A DNA stretch of 58,072 nucleotides, the filler included, from Sphacelaria rigidula (lineage: Eukaryota): the NCBI GenBank assembly GCA_964200075.2. It is 3 parts of 3 records of this genome, joined end to end, with 100 filler letters (N's around TTAATTAATTAA, not from the genome) between each part and the next. Parts side by side here need not be neighbours in the genome. Positions count along the whole stretch, not along the records: positions 1 to 19,296 come from CAXNAA020000694.1; 2 more parts are not named here. The stretch is one strand, 5' to 3'. The position numbers and the translations under genes were made by a program. Every line of letters begins with the position of its first letter. Position 1 is the first letter of the stretch. This document shows, piece after piece, positions 1 through 11,400 of this stretch. Under the pieces are notes generated by a model that was given only the letters and a program-made list of their open reading frames with translations, was not told the origin of the DNA and made no database searches.

Positions 1-34
1 TGCTACTCTCGCTGCACGACCACCGACCACTCAC

Positions 35-3000
35 CGAAGTGACAACTGTCCCATAGCTTGATCGCTGCTATAAGTTGGCGTAGTCCGCCCCCCGCCAAGC
101 CCAGCACCCCCGTTCGTCACATAAGACCCATCGTTGCCCGTCCTACATTTGACGGGTGACAGCACCGGCGATCCCGAAAGCTTAACGTTGGCAAGGGGAG
201 CCGCCGCCCCATTATTGTTGTTTGGGGGTGAAGATTGAGATACGGATGATCTGGGACTCGCCGAACCCTTGATAGTCGGTGTTTTCGGCTGCTGGTGGTA
301 GTGATGGCGTAAGCCGGAACCATTTTTTGGCATACAGTCGATGGAATCGCTGGGATGCCCCCCGTTACCGAGCAACCCTCCTAGAGCCGCCGTAATATCG
401 CTGTGGCAGTTATCGAAGTCGTTATTATTATCGTTACCGTTAGCATCGCCACTGTTGTTGTTGTTGCTGTTGTTGTTGTGCGCGGGGGGGAGGATCGACG
501 AGACGAAGCCCGGATCGCCGCGGACTTGGCCGCATAGCTCGTCGATGCGAGGGTGGTGTGACTTGTCCACCAGAGGCTTGATACCGGCGAGGAGGTGCAC
601 TCTCGGCGAGAAGAGCGCGAACAGCTCATCCAACAGAGCGTTCACTGCCAACCTGTTTTGTTGTTTTTCAGCATCCAGCGTTTTGTCTCGTCAACATTCA
701 GCGTCACGTAAGCTTTCACGGAAATGAAGCAGCTCTTTGTGCAGACACGCTTTCGTCGACATATTATACAGTGAAAATTGAGCTTGTGCGACTTGAGATT
801 GATGCACGGTCGAACACCGAACAGGGATAAAGGTTGAACATGGGGGGAAAGTCGGAACATGCAGTGCCCGACCGGCACTTGAAAATTTTCACACGTCGGA
901 CAGATCACGATCTGTCTGGAACAACTGATTAAACAAGGCTCTCGGATCCGTTTGTTCAAAAACACACAATGTGTGACCGCGGAGTCAGAGAAGTCAAAGC
1001 GCAACCCTTGCCCTCCTCGGCGTGCTCGGCGTCCGGCGCTGAAGGGAGCAAACATGAAAAAGGAGGGTAAAAATCCGGATCGTGATCCGGATCAGTACGC
1101 TGAGAGGAAGTACTTTCAGAGGGATCATGATCTGTCTGGCGTGTGAAAGTTTTCCGCACGGCGTTTCATGCTGATGACCAAATACATCGCGCGGAGACGC
1201 GTCCTATTCGTTGTCAGATTTTTTGCTTTTTGTGTGCCAGCGTTCTGGTTTCTTGTTTCTCGATCTGTACCACTGGCGGCAATGAACAAAAAAGAGTTAG
1301 CGGCGCCAGAGGGAAACACCGCCCGATCTTGACAAATCGACAGGAGTCAAGATCGATGTGCAGTACAGTACCCGAAGCACTCGCAGTACCATGAGAAAAC
1401 GCCTTCTTCCGATATCTATTCTTCCCGCCACTACCGTGGCGGTGATGACATTGATCGCGACGAGGCAGTTTGTGCAATATACACTACTGGTGCACTGTAC
1501 TGTAACATGGCGACCAGCACCACCATTAGCTGTGTACCTCGAACGAACGCACGGCAGGCTTTCGAGTGAAATATTTCACACAACGGGGGAAAAATGACTT
1601 GATTTGAGGGGTGCGGGGTGGTGGAGGGGTGCGGGGCGAGGGGGGCATTTGGCCGTTCACTGGTCTGAAGAGAAGCTGCAGTCGCCGCGCCGTCGACTAC
1701 TGATGCCTGACGCGGCGGATCACAGGCTATCCAAGGAACTGAAGATGTATGCGTTAGATACCGACAACGAGCCGCGATCGCCTGGGCTAGTGTGGACGGG
1801 AAGGCACCCACTATTTGGGAGGGTGAACGCACCGCCGCTACCATTGAATTATTATGATGAACTGGTGTAGCTTCGATAGCCAAAGATTAGTACTTGCTTT
1901 TGTGTACTACTGCATTCTGATCATGTGGGCGTAAAGTTAATCCTTGGACACGAGTGGCGGGTCATCTGTTGAATAGGTACCACTTTCAGTTCAAAGGGAA
2001 TGCCAATCTCAGGCGTCTATCTGCGGGAGATGAAGCATTCGGAGCCCGAAAATTAAACCATTGATCGTCAGGGGTAGGCCATGCGTCTCAGAGGTATTCT
2101 TCGAGTGAAACGCTTGCCCATTCAACGTTTGACCCACTGTCTGTGGCGATCAAAGGTTTACCCCCTGACCTTGCCCCACGTGGGATAATCTGGATCGCTC
2201 AATAATTTCAAGTAAATATCTTGTAGATTCAATGCATGACCCACCGTGATGGCCAAGGGTTTAACCCTTTACTGACAGCGAGGGTGGTCATCTGGGTCAT
2301 ACGTATTTTTTCAATGTAAAATTGATGCCGATTCGACAGTTGATCTGTGCTGGTGGTCAAAGTGTTCACACCTCGACGGCGAGCGTGGGTGATCTGGGCT
2401 ATGCAGTCACTTCTCAACTGAGGATGATGCCGATGCATTAGATGACCTAGTGCCGGTGGTCTAGAAGTTAACGCTTTGCCTACAAGTAGTAAGTAGCCAC
2501 TTCACCTCACAAATGGCCCGTCATGACGGCCGTGTTCCTGACGACCCTGCCATTTTTGTGACTTGATTTCAAGGAACGAGTGCTCCTGGGGTAAGGATTT
2601 CAAAAGCTTCGCGCAAGGGTTAACCCGTGATAAGCCTTTAACTGTCACGGGGGATCATACGTTGAATCGGCCGCATTTTCACCTGAAAAATGAGATCAAG
2701 ACCCAGATGAACCGACCTTGTGGTCAAGTTCAAGGGGACATTTCTCTAACCAAGACGAGCGTGAGACCTATACTGAAGGAGCAACCGTTTATGAGAACCA
2801 ATAGCACATCGTGTAGTGCATCAGCTGTTACGCTGTTACGCTGACTCAAACGCCACACCATTCTCATCGGTCATTTATCCCCTACTTTGAGAATAAAACC
2901 CGTTTATTTCGTTCGCATTTTCTCCCCAACGCCCGAAGTCTACGGCAGATTATTTCTAGATGGGGTTATTATTTGCATATTTCCATCAATCTCAAGTTAT

Positions 3001-4044
3001 GTGCGCGCTTATCCCGCATGGAGTTGGCCGTCTACCTCTCTGCTTGCTCTTCTTTCGAGGGCGTTGTGCATGCGACCAAGGGAGATTTTCAGGAGTCACG
3101 CCATAGGGGAAAAATCCAGGTGTATTCTAACCTTCTTCTCTTGCAACTGGCGAAGACGACTGGCGGTTATCGCGAATTTGACACGTCCGCGGGGTATGCC
3201 AAAAGATCCCGTCAGGTGGGAGAAAGATACGGTGCGGTGGCAGTGCTGGACATACCGGCCAAAATAAATTATACCCGGGTGGGCGCGACGATAATCTCAA
3301 CCACGTTATAAAATCATCACGTCAAGGACAGAGGCAAGTCTGTGTCGCGCCAACTGTTACGGGACTTTTAGCTCAATATACCCAGCGACGACTCGTCACG
3401 CCAAACTTGAAACACAGAAACACAGAAACACAGAAACACGAACACACACAACACCTCGATCGATTTCACAAAGGGTCACTCCATCATGAGCCACACCAGA
3501 AATGCATGTTTACTGCCGATTCAGTACCTGCTGACAGGGGGAGTATAGGACTTTTGCCGTAACACATCTCCAAAAAGCCAAGGAACATCAGTATGCACAG
3601 ATTGGTGCAAGAATGGAACATTCTGCTGTTTCGTATATAACAAGAGTAGTACAGTAGAGCATGCAGCACGGGGCCTATGTCTGGACACCCCGCGTTCCTG
3701 TGGTTTAAGTGTTGTGACGCGAGGAAGCAAGCGATCCCGCAAAGCAATGCTCGTTTTTCTTTTCCGCCGTACATGCATACAACGTGGTCAGAGATATCAT
3801 GTGAGCTTTCTCCTTGCGTAATTACTGTTTCTGGAGAAATATGTTGGATCAACTGCTCGAAGTACTCCTGTTGTACTCACATGTTGCCGTGATAAGCGTT
3901 CATGAGGGAGATGAAGGCAGAGTACACAGGTGGCTTGCACTCCTCCTTGACTGACGCCAGAAATACCATGAGAGCCTCGCTCTCTTGCCCACCAGACCTA
4001 CCCGCCGCTGATGCATCACTGCTTCGCACCCTAGCCGCGGCCAT
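35..4044 (-). CDS. 5' part of a spliced gene with an N-terminal harmonin-homology (HHD)/PAH-like helical domain followed by an Asn/Ser/Pro-rich low-complexity region; continues left of the window
   Basis: Coding exons are 4044-3881 (ccaggcATGG, in-frame TAG upstream, donor AT|gtgagt) and 652-35 (acceptor aaaacag|G, donor CG|gtgagt). The junction AT|G restores Met in frame and gives ...ALMVFLASVKEECKPPVYSAFISLMNAYHGNMLAVNALLDELFALFSPRVHLLAGIKPLVDKSHHPRIDELC, which by eye follows the HHD pattern of RTEL1/harmonin. The start codon is uncertain, since the exon could instead begin at an acceptor at 4092. Confidence 0.75.
418..480 (-). repeat. Coding (AAC/AAT)n microsatellite giving poly-Asn
   Basis: ttg/tta triplet runs on the + strand translate as HNNNSNNNNSGDANGNDNNNDFDN. 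Confidence 0.85.
881..1154. mobile_element. MITE-like element with ~32-bp terminal inverted repeats, intronic
   Basis: gaaaattttcacacgtcggacagatcacgatc (881-912) pairs with gatcatgatctgtctggcgtgtgaaagttttc (1123-1154); no credible coding content. Confidence 0.65.
1937..2472. mobile_element. Concatemer of five diverged ~105-bp palindromic TTAA-bounded units (piggyBac-type MITE family A)
   Basis: Units at ~1937-2030 (reverse), 2053-2160, 2158-2264, 2261-2368 and 2365-2472. Each has arms like TTAACCCTTGACC..GGGTAGGTCATCTG / CAGATGACCTACCC..GGTCAAGGGTTAA around the core tttcaagtgaaattgatgccgattca. Adjacent units overlap at TTAA-like junctions. Confidence 0.7.
2620..2737. mobile_element. Family A unit, reverse orientation, degenerate
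   Basis: gttgaatcggccgcattttcacctgaaaaa...cccagatgaaccgaccttgtggtcaag matches the reverse-strand core and arm. Confidence 0.55.
3409..3440 (+). repeat. Short tandem repeat (CACAGAAA)n
   Basis: About four direct copies of the 8-mer. Confidence 0.85.
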
Positions 4045-6824
4045 GCCTGGTGCCGTGTTTGATGCCGATGCTTCGGTCGGTGACAGCGGTTGCTAGCGGG
4101 TCTACCCCTACTGCACGGCAGAGTCAGAGCAGTTCTGTTTGAAAAACACCTGTTTGGCGGTTCGCAAAATGAGTACGAGCGACCGAAGACCTCATCAGGT
4201 GCACTCACAACTCACATTGCCGTCTGCGGACATTATCGCTGTCATCATTTTATTCGAGGAATGTTGAAACGTGTGCGTGGACGTGCGCGGCTGCTGCTAC
4301 GAACGCACGTGGTTTAGCAAAACGAGGAGGTTAAAACAACAGGATCCAACGAGTTGCGAGTTGCGTGCCAGGCTCAGAAAAAGGATTTCGACCGTTATCT
4401 TGAGCGGAATTTCTACAAAAAATAAATATTCATAAACGAAGAGAGACCCCCCAGGCTTGCAGGTAGTCATTTTGCGCCTGTGGCCATGTTGATCGAAAGC
4501 AAAAGTCGAGTCCATGGTGGGATCAGAAGCAGCAAGTGGAAGACATTTTGGTATGAACTGGCTTTCAAGGCACAGAGGGTACGACTCACTCGCCCAAACC
4601 TACGCCGCGGAAGTCCGAGATCTCATCCCGACTAACTCCCACCCTCGACGGTGAAGGGCGATACATCTCTTGCTGTGCGAGAGCGTTCCTTGAGCCGCAA
4701 ACAGTGGGCTACATGATGGAAATCATCACTGCAAGATAATGCTACTCAGGGGCTCCGGCGGCAGCAATGCTCAGTGTACTGTTCTCAAAGATAACGAGAC
4801 AGAAAAGAGAAAGCACGACCCTTCCGGAGAAACCCACCGTCTGTCGCGCACACTCCCTCGCCCTCTAGCTTTGATGTTCCGAGCGACGCTCTCTTCTCGC
4901 CGGCGCTCGTACAGCAGTCAGTTGTTGTGTGACGCAATATGTGTTCCTTATGACTGAGCTTGGACAAAAATCAACCTTGTGTTTCTGCTGCGTAAGACTG
5001 GACAGAAACAATCAACCTATTTCATTCGCAAAACTGCCGAGAAAAAGACATATGTGGGCTGTTTAGGGCTATACTGAGTAAAATACTCAACCATTAGTGA
5101 TTTTTCTTTGCGCCTCTTCGGGGTAAACGGGTGAAATTGACGAATGAGAGGAAGGGAAAACGGAGGCTATCGCAAACGTCCCGAAGCCGATTTGCCCAAA
5201 TTTTGAAAAGGAAAAGATATGACGTGCTTCGTTGACACGGAATATCATTTTTCGTTCCATCCTCGTAAGTAAAGTTCTTCGCTTGCTTCAGACGCTCCTG
5301 GAGCTTGTAGGCGCAGCAGTTCTACAACCAAGTGAAATTAATCGTACCTTTCGGGAGAACAAGAAGCACGCCAGTATTTCGATGGTTGATAAAACTATGC
5401 AAACATTTTCATTTTGCACACTGTAGTAGCCAGCATATAGTGTACACATGCTGCTTCTATTTTGTTCGCGCGTGTATCGATATAGGGAACCTTACAGCGA
5501 AGTGAGTGTGTGTATGGGAGACGCCCTGGCGTGCTTCCGCAACTTGGAACTTAGCGTAGGAGAGGATGCTCACCACGGTGATGGTTGCCCGGACGAAACA
5601 TAATATACTACCATTTTTTGTAAACTGTTTCTACGGGTACAGTAGGGAGAACTTTTGCTTCCTCACCTGCGATATGTAAGCTGAACAGCACTAGACACTA
5701 CAGACAGCAGTTGTATCGATTAGTCGTAGCAGAACGGAAATAAAAAGTAGGATCTCATGGTACAGTAGTGCAGCTGCACACCGCTACCTATTTCCCCTCT
5801 TATTGCGCGCTCTGTGCTCCCGTGTTTGTTGGAAATAAGCGAGCGTCCGTTCACTACCAGCGAACCAAACATTGTTCATCATTACAACATGACGTCTCTG
5901 AGCTATTCAACAACGCTTCGTTATTCTCGTCGATGTAGTATGTTGTTATATGACTTGTGTGTCGTACATGGAGTCTACATCCATCCTTCTCCGTCAATCC
6001 TTTCCGCCTCGCCGCGAAGCCGTCCATTCGAGTCTCGGTTTATCAGACACATAAAAATGTGTGTTCCATGTCAAAAAGCCAGTGCATTGCCTGATATTGA
6101 GCTTTGTCGACAACTGCTTCCGCCCTTGAAAATCCAAAACTTGTCGAAGTCTTCTGCAAAGTACAAATGATGCCGACGGAGCAGGTGATCCACCCCAGCG
6201 CTCAAAGTGAAGGGTCACTCTTCACTTCTTGCTTACTTCCTAAAAGCGCATGAATCGTATTTATAGGGACGTCAACACTTCGCAAGACCACAGTATTACA
6301 CTTACAGTGGTAATGTCTGTCAAACCAACATGATCTCATCAGGAAGGGTTATAGTCGAGTGTACACAACAGTATGATGGCCTGATGAGTTCCTTTGTTTC
6401 TCCACCTTGAAGATAACACGATGATGGGCAGGCGTTGACTGTTTTTATCACTTGTATTATTTTTGTGTGTGTATATACATGTATGTATATACGCACCTTG
6501 TTTGTGCGTGCATGATCAAAGTTACACGCAAAAGCGATTCCCTGGGGGTACAAGAACGATGGGCAAAAACTTGGTCAGTCGGGTTGGGGCCTCGTCAGCG
6601 AGGTTGAAGCCACCCGGTCTCATGTAAATGTGGAATGTGTGGGGGTCTTTTTCTAGTGAGTAGTGCCGCTGCTGTTCTTGCTGTTGTTGTGTGCCGCACG
6701 CACAGACTATGCGGGTACTTGCACGTTGGTGTTATCAAGACCATACAAACAAAAATGGTGCGTACACAAAAATATGAATTATTACAATAACCCTCAGATC
6801 ATAGTTCGCTCATAATATGTCTCG

Positions 6825-7319
6825 TTCACCCTTGGACCGCCGTGCGGGTAGGCCATCTGGAGACACTTTCTACAATAGCCCCCCCGCCCAAAACCAGTCC
6901 AAAAGTGTCGCGGAAAAAATGGTCAAACAGCGCCTGATGTTTGGGTTCAGGCTGCATAAACCGCCTCACATGGGCGACATTGGCGGGAACGCACCCAAGC
7001 GTGGGAATCGCCAGCTGCTTGTTGTGCTCGGCTTTTCCATTTCGATTTACGTGAAGATTTTGCCTCCCCAAACCAGGCACTTATGGAGGGGGCGGGGGGG
7101 GGGGGGGGGGGTTTTTGGTAANNNNNNNNNNTTGTGGTGCGGGGTTTTTGGGTGGGGGTGGAGGGAAGGTTTGGGCCCCCCAACCCAGGGCATTTGGGGG
7201 GGGGGGGGGGGGGGGGGGGGGGCTTTTGTCGTAAAAAGTGTCTGGACGATGCATACTTTCTTCAAGTGAATATTGATGCCGATTCAGCAGGTGACCTACC
7301 CTCGCGGTCAAGGGGTTAA
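6825..7319. mobile_element. Family A unit split by a nested TIR element (6862-7242) with a TGGA duplication
   Basis: The left arm ends ...ggccatcTGGA|gacactttctacaatagccccc and the right part resumes ...ggcttttgtcgtaaaaagtgtc|TGGAcgatgcatactttcttcaagtg... An uninterrupted copy at ~45821 reads catctggaccatgcat. The interior contains an N-gap and a duplicated low-quality end. Confidence 0.7.
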
Positions 7320-7452
7320 ATACGAAGTTTATTCCACACGAAATTCTTCGTTCACCATCACAGGGCACCAGCATGGAGGACCGACTACACGGGGCGCAGA
7401 CAAATGAAAATACCAAACAAAGCGTGTGACTGGCCGGTAAAACACTCAGAAG

Positions 7453-7559
7453 TTCATCCTTGGACCGATGCGGGTAGTCCGTCTGGATCGCGGATACTTT
7501 TTTCAAGTGAAATTGATGCTAATTCCGCAGGTGACCTACCCTCGTGGTCAAAGGGTTCA
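7453..7559. mobile_element. Family A unit, near-complete
   Basis: ttcatccttggaccgatgcgggtagtccgtctg...tttcaagtgaaattgatgctaattccgcaggtgacctaccctcgtggtcaaagggttca. Confidence 0.75.
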
Positions 7560-8488
7560 TTGTTAGTCGTAGCTGCTACCACGACTGTGCTGTACATGAG
7601 CCCGGCGTTCACCCTTTGCTAACCACCCCCAAGGTGGGCAGCGATGTCAAGCGATCATTTCTCATGTTATGTTGGTCCATTGCACGTGAATCCCCGAAAA
7701 AAACATCAGACAACAATCTACCCACATGTACATCAGTCTCGATGATTGGTGCAATTGAATATACCTCCAGGTTGGGACTGAAATCGTCGGAATCACTGCC
7801 TTCACAAAAATCATGTTTGTGGATGCACCTCGCATTTCATTTACAGCCATAAAACAAACGCTGCGTGAGGGGGCACGGCAAAATACTATTTTGAAGACTC
7901 AGCACCAACTCCTCACCACGAGAGCGTGTGCGGGACCATGGCCACGCTACCAGCCGTCCCCCGTACGGCACCCGCTGAAGAAAAAGCAGTTTGATTGCCC
8001 TACCGGCAACCAAACCCTCCATGTATATATAGATAGACGAGTGAAAAACATCTCAAAATGCCTCTGACAGTGGAGTGTTCGTAAAGCAAAATTGTGCATT
8101 ACGGTCGCCACCGCGACACTCTCAAATATCGTGCCATCACCCGTGATCGAGACGGCGAGTGACAGTCCGCCAACCAGTTTCGATCCCCACGGCACAAGGC
8201 GCTGAAAAACCCTCTCTCGGTCCCAGCATATGTGGCTCATATGTGTGTATATATTTACATATACGTATAAAATACATGCAGCAACCGCCGCCCTCACTCA
8301 AACTGCCATCCGAGTATAATGCGTATCTCCAACGGAAATAGAACGCGGGAGCTGTACACGGGAAAAAATCCCCCCCCCCCCCTATTACCAAAGCACCCCC
8401 GGGAAGCAACCCCCGCAACATTGGGCGATCGCTGCGTCCGCCTGGGGACCCGCCCCTGTTACCAATACCCCCGGGCAAGCCAACCCCA

Positions 8489-11400
8489 TCATATTGTGGT
8501 CTCTGTCCGTTCCCGTTGAGACCGCACCACGTGATACACAAAACTATCATGAGCCGCTTGCTGTCCGTTCCCTGCCCCTCTCGCGTCTCCCGATTCGCCA
8601 CCACCACCGCTCCCGTCGCCCCTGCCCATCCCTCCTTGCCGGAAGGTTGTAGTGGGGCTCTTAGAGCCCGCACGACCCTCCTCTTGGCGATCAAGGACGC
8701 TTGCATTCAACGACCCCACACCTCCTCTCGAAGGAAGCAGTGGCTGTCGCAGTGGTTGGTCGTCGGCCACCGTGTTCATCCTGGGTCAGTGTGCACAAAT
8801 CATTCCCGGAACGAGGTACTGATCAGTCGACCGCGGGCGTTGAAGTAAGCAAACAAGGTGTGTAAAGTGCATTGCGGGGGCGGGATACTCCCACTTTGTT
8901 GACTTCACGAGAGACTCATTGAAAGCATGTGCCGGGCGGGGACTGATACCCCAACCAACCCCAATCATCTCCGGGCGATACAGGCTATTCCCGAAGCGAC
9001 GACATGAAGTAGCCAATGCCCTTTCAACAACAGCCTTGTAGGAGGAAGCGAACAGGCACTAGGTACCTCATGTGCTGTGCACTCTTGTCCGCCCCAGACT
9101 TCTTGGTCTTACACATGATGTGAAGGAGAGCCACTCCGGGAACAAGCCCCGACACCCACTTGGAAAGGAGCTCGAACAACAGTCGGTTCATCTCTTCCGC
9201 CCTGAAATGACGCACGATAAAAGCAACAAATGAGGAATGACGACAGAAGCAGCGAGGTGGAGTAGGGAAGGGCACAAATATGGGGATGGTATAGCGGCGG
9301 GAAAACGTGTACGACCCGCAGCATCCAATTGAAGAGCTACATCAAGTTCTCACAACATATTCGTGTGATCCCAACCCTTCATGGGTCCTGTCGAGAAATC
9401 GTCATCTGGAAAATCGACAGCTGTTTCTGTTAAGTTTGAAGAATTGTTTCCGGACGACGAGTAATTCGAACGCGTATTTGTTTTCTGAGGCAACGGCCAT
9501 TCCCGAAGATTTTTTACTTTGGAGAGTTTGGGGAGACTATTTGGAGCCGATGCTAGGTACAGTTCGAAAGTTGATATACAGGGCTGCCTAGATGTGCCCT
9601 TATATTTGCGTCTTGCTGATTCGCAGCGAAACCTGAGCGACTAATTCCAAGTTTCCGTCCCTCCGAAACACCGAGAGCACAATTGGAAAGCTCGAGAAGG
9701 CCCTTTCTTAGGACTCGTGTCTCAATTCCCGATGCTTCTCCCATCTGAGATGCAAACCAAAACATGCCTCGGAGTTCTTATCCACTCCACCACCGTACGT
9801 ACAAGCTACAGTAAACGGCCGCGTCGCTCAGGGAATGTCGAAAGTTTTTCAAGTCGTCGATACTACATCCTGAAACAGAAAAGGGGTGAGAACCGCTCAT
9901 ATAGATACATATATAGCACAATACTCTTTTAGGACGTTGTTCAAATTGCAACATTTCATGTTGCGGTGTGTGCTGAGAGTCAGTAATGGAGTGGTATATG
10001 TACAGCTTTTCAATACCACCTCTGGCCAACGAAGAGGGGACCTGGACGCTGGCGCTTGTCCAGGAGGTCAACTCGTAGCACACCGTTTCTCCTTGCACAC
10101 TTGGATCATGACGCATGTGCGTAGCAGTAAACGTGCTTGAGGCCACGCCGTGTTCCAAATATCGAAATCCACGGTACGAGTACCACAACGGTGACTCGCA
10201 ACAACATGGGAGGAGGTACTGGTATTGCCCGCGACCCTCTCCTGAGTACTACGACATCTCGTGCAGGAAAATAACCAGTGAAACTCCGGCATCCTACAGA
10301 ATCTTACAAAGGCTACGGCACCGCCAGGAACATTGCCTTAGCCTCAGTCACCTTACCTGTGCCTCGAGCGTACGAATAGTGCGGACGATAGCACCGCCAC
10401 ACGAATGAGAAAACAGACCGCGCACACCACCAGCACTCCATTGATACGACAAAGAATCTTCAGCCGCTGCCGCCGGTCCAGCGGTTCCCATCTGTGCAAG
10501 AGTAAGGATCGTCGTGAGAGTGAGGGGAAGCCGCGAGAATAAATATAAAAAATACAACAATTGTGGCATGGCGGGAACGTCGTTGGGTACCGAGTGGACC
10601 GGACGGAATCGTCGTTCACGTTGTCTACACATGCCCACCTCCACCACGTTGCCAATAATTGCAATTACTACACGTCATACTATTGTAGAAATGTAGAATA
10701 ATAAGGGAGGGAGAGTAAAGCGGCACGCAGCTTTCCGATTGGCCCCAAAAATCTGGAAATCTTATTTTATTCTCCAAGTACTCCATTATATTTCACGCAC
10801 TCCCGTCTAATCCACACGTCGTGCTTCCTACTCCACCTACCCTGCCGTGGTATCATAAACCATCTCTAATGCAGAAAAGAGAGACAGTAGCGATCACGAC
10901 CAAGGCCACCAACATTAACACCAACACCGCACCATGATCATTACCGTCACCACTGCTGCGCCCCCGATTCTCGCACCTTGGGTGACCCATGACTCGTCGC
11001 TGCAAGCGTACGCCATACAAGACCAGCCACGACGCCAATAGGAACAGCGTTACGCTTGACGTGCACGTTGAAGTCGGAAAGCACCGTTTACCGCCAGGTG
11101 TACGAACATAATCATTGATGACAGGCGCACGAACGTCAAGTATCGGGGGAGGCAGCGATGGACTCAGAACTCTTGGTGAGGCACGTAAGGGAAACCGCAC
11201 AAAAGTGACAGCAGGATGTCTGACGGTGGGGATAAGGAAGCAGTGGTGTCACACCGGTCAAACCAGCACCCACATCCACTTCTTCATGATCGCCATGATC
11301 GCCATCACAGCCGGCACGACAGTCGATAACCCATGCATACATATGTACAGGAAAGAGGTGTGTGTCTGCCCCCAAGAGCACAAGCACCAAAACGACTTTG

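Noticed and set aside
1937-2472. CRISPR-like or integron-like array
   Set aside because: The whole ~105-bp unit is homologous between copies, with no unique spacers or cassettes. The context is a eukaryotic intron with no cas or integrase genes.
35-4044. Calling gene 1 RTEL1
   Set aside because: The HHD-like domain resembles RTEL1's, but no helicase motifs were found upstream and the domain appears N-terminal.
7060-7225. Apparent duplication and long G-runs (similar C/G runs at 38615-38670 and 56450-56630) suggesting G-quadruplexes or Pro/Gly-rich ORFs
   Set aside because: They abut N-gaps and look like low-quality overlapping read ends, so run lengths are unreliable.
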